Origin: Azolla caroliniana
Taxonomy: Eukaryota > Plantae > Polypodiophyta
Assembly (NCBI GenBank): GCA_043228905.1
Contig: JBHGNT010000021.1
Coordinates: 1,736,001-1,800,000, forward strand
Reading direction: 5' to 3'
DNA: 64,000 nucleotides
Shown here: positions 25,201 through 36,700 of the stretch, in pieces
Layout of the letters: each line of letters begins with the position of its first letter
Numbering within the stretch: the first letter of the stretch is position 1
Translations under genes and position numbers: made by a program
Notes under the pieces: generated by a model
Seen by the model: the letters and a program-made list of their open reading frames with translations, nothing else
What the model was told of the DNA's origin: nothing
Databases searched by the model: none

Positions 25201-25668
25201 ATGGGAAATACCATGTTGTTCTTCACTAGATTATTAACATAAAACAGAGGAACCAAAAAAAGAACATTCATCTATGGTATTCCTCTTCCTCCAATACAAA
25301 ATTTGAAAATCATTTTTCTTGTTCTTGTTCTTGCTCTTCTCTTTGTTTTAAGGCAATTGAAGGATTATGTTGAAGGCAATTGAAGGATTAGGCAGACATA
25401 CATACATACCATGGAATCTCAATCGTGGCAGAGAGGATCCATGATTGAGTCCGGATCTCCATCCACAAGTAAAGGATCCGTGGGATCTCGCCGTAGTTCG
25501 TGGAAGGAGAAGAGAATGAAATGAATTCTGAGAAGTAGAAGCAGCAGCAGCAGAAGCGGAGGAGGAGGAGTAGGAAGGAGAGGCATGTCGACGAATGAGG
25601 AGGGATTGATGATGATATGAAAGAGGAGGGCATGTAGGTGTTGTTGTTCTGGTGCAAGAGATCTCCAT
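22262..25668 (-). CDS. Plastid-targeted DUF179 (AlgH/YqgE-like) protein, ~385 aa
   Basis: Exon 1 25668-25410 encodes a Ser/Thr/Arg-rich transit-peptide-like sequence and ends at a GTATGT donor (phase 1). Exon 2 23160-22262 starts at a CAG acceptor, giving ...RLRFH|DYHILCQGSKNQ.... Core motifs DWRTFRARL, WAHPLHAPEAGCLLVATDKLDG...FERTVILLL...GPFGVILNRP...YGGP...FRYFIGYSGWGLDQLVNEIEAGYW...LWQKVLWLMGGHYAELSRKP match the plant DUF179 family as I recall it. The exon-2 acceptor is inferred. Confidence 0.88.
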
Positions 25669-25954
25669 GGTGGGTCTTTCTTCTTTCTTCTTTCTTTTCT
25701 TTCTTCTTTCTTTTCTGTCTTCTTCTGTCTTCTTCTTCCTGTAGTTGTTTAAGGAGGAGGAGCCATGGCGTGGAGCAGGAGGAGCACAGAGGGGAAACAG
25801 GGGAGGGGGTACTACTAGGTTTAAAGGGGAGAACCAGACAGAATATTCTCTCCTCTACGTCCGTATGCTTACCAAAAGGAAAATGAAAATATGACCATAA
25901 TAATTCAATTTTGCCAAAGAAAATAAGAGAAGACAAACACACACACACCATCCC

Positions 25955-26255
25955 GCTCGGGTTCGGGTCTGGGTTTGGGCTCGGGCTCGGGCTCGGGCTC
26001 GGGTCCAGCTAGTCTCAGTAGCCTCAAATATTGCACAATGAATACATTCCATTGCGAGCATACAGAGAGGGGACATGTGTCCAACACCATTGATGGCTAC
26101 GCAGAGAAAAAACAACAACTAGTGTGTGTTTGTATCTATGTCTGTGTCTGTGTCTGTGTCTGTGTCTGTGTCTGTGTCTATGTTTGTGGTTTGAGTTTGT
26201 GTTTGTGTTTGTGTTTGTGTTTGTGTTTGTGTTTGTGTTTGTGTTTGTGTTTGTG
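25955..26255. repeat. Hexamer microsatellites (GGGCTC)n, (TGTCTG)n and (TGTTTG)n upstream of the DUF179 gene
   Basis: Visible runs at ~25955-26003, ~26139-26180 and ~26195-26255. Confidence 0.92.
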
Positions 26256-27149
26256 TGTGAGTGCGCGAGCGAGCGAGCATGTGTGTGTTGGCTTATTGGT
26301 TTACCAGGTGGATCCCATATATGCCAACCCCTAGCTATGCTTTTGTGGGTTGTGTTTCTTTGTCTCTGTGTGGCGAGTGTTGAGTTACATTGTACGTAAA
26401 CCCTGCAAGCGAATACTCCACACCAATGTAAGGAAAGGAAGCAGAATTAAATCACACTCTTATTGTCCTGTAAGCATTCATGCGCACTAACGTGACATGG
26501 GTAATGACTTGGTTACACATCCACAAAACCTTTAAGAGAGTTGTGGCGGCTCACATGCCCTAAACTTGTTATTGTTGCCCACATGGGCCAATTAAACAAA
26601 GTTTGAGCGTGAGGACTTTGTTCGATACATTTGTCACCTATGAGGACTATGATTGTCCCCACATTACACAACTACGAAGGTTTAGGGATCAATGTATAAT
26701 CCCTGGCAGCAAAACTAAGGAATAAGGCTAAGGCAAAGGAAGAATGACTACATATTAGGTTGTTGGGAGATTAACTAGTGTATGTAGAGACTGCTTGGAG
26801 TTTATCGTAATGGTACTGCTTGGTTGTGTGTTTACCTATCATGCAAAGGAATGAATATATTTTAGGATACTTTTTCACTATCTAGTTTACATATGACTTC
26901 ACCACCAAATATATTACCTCTCTTTAGTTGAAACCTTGTGCTCGAGCTGAAGCGGAACCAGGAATAATATTGTGAACATCATTCTAAATGTCATTGTCAT
27001 TAACCTATTCATTGTTGTCCTTCACCTATCCATTTTTGTCATTCTCATAGTTGTTGTTGTAGTCGACGCCTTCTCCAATATTGATATAGCCATCTTCACT
27101 ATCATGGTGTTCTTTTTTTATGTTGGTTTGTATACTTTTAGCCTTTGCT

Positions 27150-28250
27150 CAGAGATCATTGTGGCCTATTCCATTGGCGACTAGAAGGATGAAGTCATTG
27201 GTCAAGTGCAACGTGAATCTCTTCCTGCAAGACTCTTATTAAAAATGAGTGCAATACTTGTATAACTTTAGTACCATGTGAAGCACCAAGCAAAAGATAG
27301 AGAATGCATAGACATTTCACAAATTGGCAAATGGAGAAGACATTGGTTATAATATTAGCAACACTTGCTCTTTCAAGATTTGATTGAGGAGCTTTGACTT
27401 ACATAAACATTGCTGCATGAAATAAGAACAACCTTAAGTTGAATGTTATGAAAGCATTGGCTTTGCATACAAGCACTACAAAGTATGTAATAATGATCAA
27501 AGCAAGAGCAACATGTGAATCACAAATAATTGTCTAATAAAACTACTTTGGAAAGTTATGCCAGTCACAATACCACAATCTTGTGCAATTGAACACCAAC
27601 ATCTTGGTCAACAAAGTCTTAAAACTCAATACAGATAATCATGCATCTAAAAAGAGATCATCAACATCTAATAGAAGTATGCATAGCTCATTAGAAGGAT
27701 AAACATGAGGCTTTAGTGCAACACAATATATGGCTAATTTCTTCACACAATATATTCCACAAACAACGTGAACTAATTTCTTGATTTGATGCAAACATCA
27801 AGATTGAACTTTAATAATGGGTGCTTATAAATTCGGTAAGCTAATTATGCCTTTAGTGTTCAATTGGTTCACAGTTGAGACATGATTAGAACAATATGCA
27901 AGGGTCTCTCAAGGTGGACATTCACACAACTAACAATGATATCAAATACAGCTTAAAATGAATGGAGAAATTTGAAGGAATATCATTGGGTTTGTCCAAT
28001 CTAAAAGAGCTACCCCACAAGCTTGCAAAGATGATTACGTAGTTGATATATATTATTCTTTTAGCATCAATAATTGAAGGCCCAATATGTACATATAAAT
28101 AAGTAAAGTAAACATGTAGTTATTTATCTATAGGAATATGAGAGATTCTAAAGGATCATACAAAGGAACTACTAGTGGATGTAATTCATCACATATCTCT
28201 ACACGACTCTTTTGAAGGCTATATAATATAAGCTTGACAATGTAATGTTA
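27150..28250 (+). mobile_element. Highly decayed Ty1/copia gag-pol remnant
   Basis: Remnant motifs appear in the expected order: HQHLGQQS (cf. LWHxRLGH, ~27595), FFTQYIPQ (cf. TPYTPQQNG, ~27740) and a weak ADIFTKPL-like stretch (~28190). The region is very degenerate. Confidence 0.45.
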
Positions 28251-30349
28251 TAGTAACTCAATTGTGCTTGTAATTGAAGGATTCTATTAGTAGGCATCAT
28301 TGCGTTTGAGTGTAATTATGTCCTTTAGTGTGTTAAGTTAGTTGTTTTATCATTAAGATCTTGATCCTAACATTAATGTATAAGTCTATTCCTCCCAAAA
28401 GTATGGCTCAACTTATCAATTAGATGAGTCTTTTGTATATAGACTTTTATTTGTTATATGGTTGACATTTGCTATTCCACACAACCAACTTTATGGGTCT
28501 CTTTTCACGATGGATTGATCAAGTGAATATCTTAACTTTAGTACAAATTATCATGATAAAGTGTTTGACCATTCAAATTACGTGGAACTCCCCTAAATAA
28601 CCAAGATAAATATTGTCAAGCAATTTAATACAAAAATAATTCTACCAAATACAACTACAGCACAAGAAGCCAATGTATCGAAGAACTAGTAGTTTAAAGA
28701 GCATTGAATGCCCGTATGACACTATTGTCGAGGTCACGACTCTTTTTCATGAGCCTATAAAGGAGGTATCTCATTGTAATATTTGAATTGAATTATTTTG
28801 ATGCAAGTCCTTTGTTCTACCACGTATCTCTTCTCGTCCTATTTTCTTAAACTCTCACTATAAAACAAGAATAGGTCAAACCATAATCCACCTTAGTTAG
28901 GATCCCTTCACTAAACAAGCTAACTCGGAACTTGTGAAAATGGTACTTGGTTACATCAAACACATATAAATAGATTGCAATATATATTCCCTGGTTGGAA
29001 TTCAAACAATAATGTTAAACGTTTCGTTGCACTTATTTATGGCTCTCAATTCAAGACCATTTGTTGTATAGGGTTGCATAAGCTTGAATTTGTGAAATGT
29101 CTAGAGTTTTCTTTTAAGACTTACTCTAACATGTTACAAATCATATGCGATAAGGTTAGGCACAAAACAAACACCACGATCAATTTGAATGAAACTATTA
29201 TGTCTTTCCAAAGGTTCGCGTATATTTAAAAATTTAAAATAAATCTAAGCTAGATCCATGGGTTTATGGCCCATGTAGAGTAATATATGAAATCATTAGG
29301 GTTTCTTGTGAGCTAAACCTACTTGGAAGTTACATGCCTATTAGATATATAAAGCACAATTCAAGTAAATTTTGGAATAAAACAACAACTTATTATTGCA
29401 ACAATGTCGGTTACATGATGTAAAGATAACCTTAAGAACCAATTCTAAAGCTATTTTTTTACATTTACAGGGTAGGATAATTGTGGAACTAGTTATCTGA
29501 TAGCTTGAGATAAATCTACAAAAACCTACGACACGTGGCTGTATGGGAGTCTTAGGTGTTGAGCGATATAAAGGAGACTAGCTACTCCCTTCTTTATGCC
29601 ATCTTGGGACACCGTGAAGACTCTATCGGTAAGGCAATGTACTCTTCTTTAAAAGACTCATTCGTATCAACATCCACAATATAGCATAAGGTAACACTTT
29701 GTGGTGTGGGAACCGATGATATTCTTGTTAATCTATTATCCTTTGCTCGGGGGTTGTTAATGTGGTTAAGCACCCTTAAACCATTTGTTTCTTAATCTAA
29801 AGATTCATTGTTTCTCAAAAGTGTTCAATTCATAACACATGGTATGGTAAATGTAGTTGCCTTGTTAAAGCACAAACAATATGTGACTTGTGTTTGAGAA
29901 CCAAAATATATTTGAAAACAAGATAGTGAATAAATATAGAGCAACTCTAGAGTGTATTTTCATTGGTTGACAAAGACATAGTTTCATGGCTTTGGGTTCA
30001 CATGGGAGACATGTATGAATAATAATTATGGCATACATCATGCACTAAAGTGAACTTAAAGATGTCGCAAGTGACAAACCATCGGTCGTCATAACTTAAT
30101 GTTGTGTATTTTTAATAGCACAACGAGTAACCATATACAACCGATGGGAAGATTCCACTTTATTAAGACGAAGCTAATGCATTGAATGCAGATAACTAGA
30201 AGAAGAAGTTTGAGATGGTTGCGATTCTGCATCATGGAGTGCTGCAATACAAATGCCTTGTTATGCACTTGACGATGCCGAGAGCTGGTTTCTATTGGGA
30301 GGTTGTGGTGGGATCGATCGAGATATGGCACGTAGTGTCGAGGACAAAG

Positions 30350-30560
30350 TGTGGTAATATTAAACATATGGTTGTGATTGGTGAAGAAGAGGTGTAAGGA
30401 TTTGATCTCACAACCTTTTTCTTTGGTAGCCTCTAATGGGGTTAAGTCAAATATGTATAATGTGGTAATAACATATGGTTATGATTGGTGAAGAAGGATT
30501 TGATCTCACAACTTTTTTCTTTGGTAGCCTCTAATGGGTTAAGTCAAATATGTATAGTAT
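30350..30560. repeat. Tandem duplication, ~105-bp unit x2
   Basis: TGTGGTAATA...ACATATGGTT.TGATTGGTGAAGAAG...GATTTGATCTCACAAC...GGTAGCCTCTAATGGG.TTAAGTCAAATATGTATA occurs twice. Confidence 0.88.
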
Positions 30561-30632
30561 GTATGTAAAAGGAAAGAGAATGGAGGAATCTTCTTTGGAA
30601 GTTTCCTAGAATTCCCATTCAAAACCAGACTG

Positions 30633-30640
30633 TATAAAAA
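30633..30640 (+). promoter_or_regulatory. Putative TATA box of the small CaaX protein gene
   Basis: TATAAAAA lies ~180 bp upstream of ATG 30815 and is followed by a purine-rich/(GA)n leader typical of plant 5' UTRs. Confidence 0.5.
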
Positions 30641-30783
30641 GGGAAGCAAAGCAAAGCAAGGGCAGAACAGGGCAAAAAACAGAGCAGGAGAGAGAAAGGA
30701 GGATAAACAGAGACACCAGGAGAGAAGAAGAAGAAGAAGCAAGCAGGCAAGCAAGCAAGCTAACAAAGAAAGAAGGGAGAAGA

Positions 30784-30814
<31 letters not shown>

Positions 30815-30815
<1 letters not shown>

Positions 30816-31036
30816 TGTGTTATGAGGTTGGGTGCAACAAGTGTGGGAAGGTGTCTTGGGGCGGCTGCGGCCGGCATGTCCCTTCAGTATATGCCCAAAT
30901 CCCGCAAGGTCGGCACTGCCTCTGTAAGACCTGGCCCGGTGTCTCGCTTGCCTCCGCCGCCTCCGCCTCCGCCTCGGATCAGAACCCTACCACTTCCCCT
31001 GCCCCTGAAGCTTCTTCAGTGTGTACTATCCTTTAG
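30815..31036 (+). CDS. Small intronless Cys/His-rich protein (73 aa) with C-terminal CaaX motif (CTIL); uncharacterised
   Basis: The ORF is a GC-rich island in AT-rich flanks, with a TATA box and GA-rich leader upstream. The protein is MCYEVGCNKCGKVSWGGCGRHVPSVYAQIPQGRHCLCKTWPGV...SSVCTIL*, with a C-x4-C-x2-C-GK-x2-W-x-G-C-G-x-H...HCxC pattern. Confidence 0.85.
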
Positions 31037-31299
31037 ACTTTATCAATTGTTGTGAATTGAGTTGAGTGCCACACATACATACATAAATATTCTTGTGTGC
31101 AATGGTTTGGATCCATGTAATTCAGGAGGGGAGATTTCTCTGTATTTTAGTACCATAAATAGTCCATGTTTGTTCTCTCTTGAATGTGTTGTGTTTTGCA
31201 ATTGGGTGCTTTGGGCAATCTGGAAATTTGGCTCGGTTCTCTATTTCTTTCTTGTTGACTTCTTGTAATATGTGTACTCTTGGCTATCAAACTCTCAAC

Positions 31300-32750
31300 A
31301 ACAGGTCATGGGTTCAAATCCTCTCATTACTCTCGCACAATTGTCGATTCACAATTGCATCCATCAATCGCTTCTCGTATTCGGCATGCACATCAAAACA
31401 TAATCATCTTACGATTGGTTTCCAAATGATGTGATGCAACGATGATCTCGATCTTAAGAGCAAGATTGGTTGCTTTAGATGTTCACATCGTCTACAAAAT
31501 ATGTGGAACACTTGGAAATAATGGGGATTGAACAAAGGAGCTTCAACGTGTTGAAAGTGAAGGAGAAGGAAGCCCTTGAAAAAAATTCACAAGTCTATGT
31601 AAATAGGAGTAATTTTCCCTAGAGCCTTTTCACACGTGTTTGGACAAAATGTTGTCCTATCTTAGAGTTTAAGCACTCACTTGCGAGGGAGGGGAGGGGC
31701 ACGACGTGTAACAATCTCATGGGTTCTTAACACCATTGGTGTGTAGCAAGCACTTTACATTTGTTCTTGGGATATGCCTCTGGGCAAGAGTGAGTCGTAG
31801 TCCACTTGATTGGGTTCATGAGGACAACATAGGGAGAGAGGGAAATGAGGAATGGGTGGGAGAGAGGTTGGTGAGGCTTGGGAAGTAGAATAAAAGATGA
31901 ATAAGAAACCGGATTTTGCAAGTTTGTATGCAAAAGAACTTTTGTGATAAATCAACCTTTGTTGTGTAAATTGTGGGGCTAGAACTTGCCAATATATATT
32001 GATGATGTGCTCACACATTGGTTCATAATGGCTTGTTTGACAAATATCATTTGTGGTGTGGAGCAAGTGGATCATTAGAGATAGTGTGAGAATGGGCAAT
32101 GATCGATTTTGTTGCGTGCAACAAAGTTCACCATCTCTGGCAAACCTATTGGTTTGGTTGTAAATCATGCATATCTATGCTTTGAGGTGAAGGATGGATG
32201 CAATCGAGCAAATATTACCCTCTTCTCAATGTTTCTTCTCAATTAGCAAACTAAGACCTTTGAACAACTAGGACAATATGCATGAGCATTTGTTCGTCTA
32301 ATTAAAAGGTATGCTTGGATGGAGCAAAACCATGTACTTCAAATATACCAATGCTACTAGAGGAAAGGCTTCATGATGCCTTTCATGTTGGCTCTTAAAA
32401 AGGTGGTTATCACAATGAACTCCAAACCCTAGTGCCTCCCCTAAGTTCTTAGGATCTTCAATTGATAGTAACATATCCTTCACATCATTTTGAAGAGCCC
32501 ACCATAATCAATAAATATTAGTCAAGGCAATATCTATCATGAATTAAAGAGAGTTTGAAGCAAAAACAAATTTTTTGTACAAGAACCTTTCTTGAGTTTG
32601 CTAAGTCACATAGCTATCGTGTGTCATTGATCAACAATCCTCCAAAACATGCATCATGATAAGGGGAAAATAAGCGAAATCGTTTTGCAAGTTTAGAGTG
32701 CTCCATTCTTGAGTAGTGACGCAAACATACAAGGTTGGCCATTGTGAATT
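31300..32750 (-). mobile_element. Highly decayed Ty3/gypsy RT-RNaseH remnant
   Basis: Minus-strand remnants include VVLMNPIKWTTTHSCPEAYPKNKCKVL (cf. GV.MDP.KI.AI..WP.PKN..EVRSF), FNTLKLLCSIPII (cf. F..LK..L.S.PIL) and ETNRKM...AEYEKRLMDAIV (cf. ESRKL...YEKEL.AIV). The order fits gypsy pol. Confidence 0.5.
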
Positions 32751-33541
32751 GAAGACGCCCGATAGGACTAACCCAGTCATCTAAAACAGAGTGCCATCAA
32801 ACTTCTCAGGCAAATTTATCCTAGGCTTCAATAGTCCCACTTCAAAACTAGATGCAAAGGTATGAGAAACTATCAGCTCTCATGATTCCTCAATTATTTG
32901 CTTGCTTGTAAGTACTAGGACACTCGAACAACCGTTGCACCAAGGACGTAATGGCTTCTTCCGCGCTCATACTAGTAGAAATATGAATATAGGAAGAAAA
33001 GAATAACATTGGTTCAAAAGCAAAAACAAGAACAAAACAAAGGGGTAAGGTTGATGAGGAGCTACATAGATGCGGCCCCATGCCCACCAGGAAAACCAAA
33101 CCCTAGCTCGAGAAAACAGAACAAAGCGAAGAAGCAAGAGAGTCTAGTGGCGAAAAGGATGAATGAAATGTGGCACACACAACGTTTGGACGCCCCCCGA
33201 CATTCGAAGTTAGGAAAATGGGAGAAGGCGTCCGGACATTCATTCATTCGGCGCGATGTCATGGGAAATAGAAGGGTAGGTTTTAGTAAATGTGAAAATG
33301 GTGCATATATGATTAGATACAATTATCATACAAATTTACAATATTTGATGGTCTTTGTGGGATGTGTCTATTTTGTGGGATGGATGGATGGATGGGATGC
33401 AATCATAGTATGAACCATACGTACCATACGTGCATTCGTATGCATTCGCATGAGAAAAGAATGTTTTCCAATGCATTCGAGTATTATGGATGGATGGAAT
33501 GCTGTCTTCACTCATTTGTTTTTGTTGAGAGCAGAAGAAAC

Positions 33542-33733
33542 ATGCTGATGCTGAAACAGAGTCTTCCTTCTTCTTCTTCTTCTTCTTCTTCTTCCTCTGC
33601 CCCTGCCTTAACCCCCTACTTCTGCTTCCATGGTGTCTCAAGGCCATCCCTCCACCTCAATCAAACCCTACTCAAACCCAATCGATGCAGAGTAATCTGC
33701 GCTGCAGGGGACAGCAAAGAGGTGAGTTTGAAT

Positions 33734-33775
<42 letters not shown>

Positions 33776-36700
33776 GTCACGAACAAAAGAAACAAAACAA
33801 ATACACACACAGTTAATGTCTAAACTCTTCAAACAAGTTTAGGTACCGTTTCTCGGTTTCTTAATCTCATCAAGAAAAAAAAATCAGTGGCACGTTTAGT
33901 TCAAGTATAAAAAAAAAGCACATACACACACAGTTAATGTCTAAATTTCAAACAAGTTTAGGTGCCGTTTCTCGGTTTTTTTACAGGACGAAAGGAGATA
34001 AGAGTTGCACACTGTAAACATATAAATTTCTGTTTCAATCACATTAAGGAAAAATAAAAAATGAAGAACAAGGCAAAATACAGCCACATGTGCGGTTCAT
34101 GGGAAAAGAACTCGTTTTTTAATCACATCAAGAAGAAAAATTCAGTGGCACATTTAGTTCAAGGAAAACAAGCAATTCTCTTTCAATTACAGAAACCAAA
34201 CTAAAAAAGGTATAGATACAACGACATATTTACATCATGGAAATACAAGGGCAAATGCAATACCATATTTAGTTCATATTTAATAAGTTTTTTGTTGTTG
34301 TTTGTGTATAGGATGCAGCCAGGAAAGCATTGCAACAAGCATTTGAGGGCAAGAAGAGCCTTACAAAGAAATGGGAAGAAGAGATAAGGAAGAGAGAGGT
34401 AGCAGAAGGAGGAGGAGGTTATGGAGATGGAATTGGTGGTGATGGAGACATGGGAGGAGGAGGAGGCGGCTCTGGACCCAATGAACCTTTTGATTGGGGA
34501 GAATTTGGCGAAGTCTCAATGGCCACCACTTCACTCATCTTATTTGTAAGCACTCCTTTTCCTTTGTTTGATTTTCATTGTATGCGGGTAGTAATTTTCC
34601 TTTTATGCACCTCTTTCTTGAAGTGATTGAAAGACTAAATAATGTAGATCAAGAACTAATAAAGATTATGGACAATAATGTTGCATGTGTGTGTGTGTGT
34701 GTATAGATAGATAGAGAGAGAGAGGGAGGGAGAGGGAGAGAGAGAAATTTACGTATTCTAAAACCAATATTGGCCCATGAGACAAATGATACAATAACGG
34801 GATGTGTACCCAATCATTGAAAATAAAATAAAAATAAAAATAAAACTGGCTTAAAGGCCCAATAGTGGGATTTAAGCGTGAAAATAAAAAAGCTATATCG
34901 TGGTACAAAAGTGTGATGGGGTGTAGTATGCTCTATAAAGGAATGGATATGTGCTGAGACTAGTTTCATTTCTATCCAAGTTCTTCTAAATGGAGGGGGG
35001 TTGAAGGGTTTCTATGTGCATGTGGCCTGTGGCCATGATGTAAATGGTATCTGACCAGAGCTTCTCAATGTATATTGCACGATAACGAGTGACTTTGAAT
35101 CCCAGTATCTGAGGGTGTTTGATTGGTCTCTGATTTTCTGCTTCAGAGAGGGAGAGGCTGAGTTGCGCAGGTGTATCCATGTTCATTATCTCCCCTTATC
35201 CCTAAAAAAATTCTGTGGTTATGTGTTGGTGAATATTAGAATGATAATAGTTAACTTATTGTAGGTTACTCTCTCTACGCCGTTTTAGCTCTAAGATATA
35301 CCTACCCGACATCTTTATGTCAGAGGTATCCAATAATTGGGAGAGGCTCCAAGTAAGTCTTGATATTTTTCTCTTATCTCGACGTAAGCTGAACATTTGC
35401 ATGTAAAATGGTACTCATCTTCTATCTCTATGTGACATAATCTACATATCCTTCTCTCTGGGTACTCCATTAGCACAACCATTTGCAATCTCAAGTTGCT
35501 GGGATGATACTCCAAATTGTCCAATAGCAACCCTTAGTGTATGTGGTAACAACATATCTAGATATTTTGGTTGTATAATAAAACCCAACTCAAAGAAATG
35601 CATGAAATTTTCCTTATAGTAAAACATTTTAGGTGGGAGTGGCTCTAATAGGTTGATCCATCTAAGTTGAGTATAAATTTTCCATATGTCTTGGTGTATC
35701 ACTTTGTTACGGTCCCCATGAGAGATTAAAGTTTTATATGTTTGTTAATTTTTAGGCTGTTTTCTAAAAGTCAACTTACCACAATACCAGGAACTAGTAT
35801 CCTCGGGACTCGTAGAGTGATTGAAATGCCTTCAAAGCTTGCCGAGAAAACCTATCTTGTGATTGGCCATGTATACAATTATTTATAAACTTTTGGTTGA
35901 AAAAGTGCTTCTACTAGCATAGTGACTAAAGTGAACTTTGCTCTAATGATTTCATGTAGCAATGTTGGTTTGCTTCGTATTTGTCGTGATAACATTGTGA
36001 CCAATGGTCTCTCTACTTGCAACCACATGAAAGGTGGTAGCCCCAGAGCCCAAACTATTGCATCATACATGAGGGAAGGGGTCACTAATGAGTTGAAGAG
36101 CCACCCCTTTGTTTGTGGCTCTTGGAAGTATGCCTTGTGGCATTGTCTCTCTAAGAGTGAGATGGCCACATTCTCTTGTTAGTCTATCTTTTGCTGCCCG
36201 TGTCCTTGAAAATTAATTGAGCAAGCACTAAACGTGACTTGAAGATATACATATGATCCGACTACTCAACTTGTTTATTAGAGAGCATTAGGTTGCATTT
36301 AATCCTAACCTGAGCATAAGTGCGGAAGATAAGGACTTTAGTTTTCCCTAGATTCACGATTGGTCCTCTTTGTGTACAAAAGTTATCTAAGGCATCAGGG
36401 TGTAGGGTTTAGGGTCATATATGGACTCGGAGAGTAAAACTATATCGTTTGCATAAAGCAAGATATTGACTTCCGTACTCCCTAGTTCTACTTTGCAACC
36501 TCCTTTACGAGCAATAAAACCAGTAATTTCATTAATGTAGATCCCGAAAAGAGTTGTTGATAGAGTACAACCTTGTTTTACACCAATGTTGCTGGTGAAG
36601 CAATTAAATAGGCCATCCGGACATCGTACGCTCATATAGGGCATAGATGGCCCAAATCATGTCATTTAGTATTTCCAAGCTTTTAAGCCTATCGAACAAC

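Noticed and set aside
25388-26399. Several long ORFs (187 aa, 119 aa, 91 aa) upstream of and overlapping DUF179 exon 1
   Set aside because: They are driven by microsatellites and purine/pyrimidine tracts and show no domain signal.
30822-31055. 77-aa alternative-frame ORF overlapping the CaaX mini-protein
   Set aside because: It has a weak ATG context, its poly-Pro arises from the GCCTCC repeat, and open frames are expected in GC-rich coding DNA.
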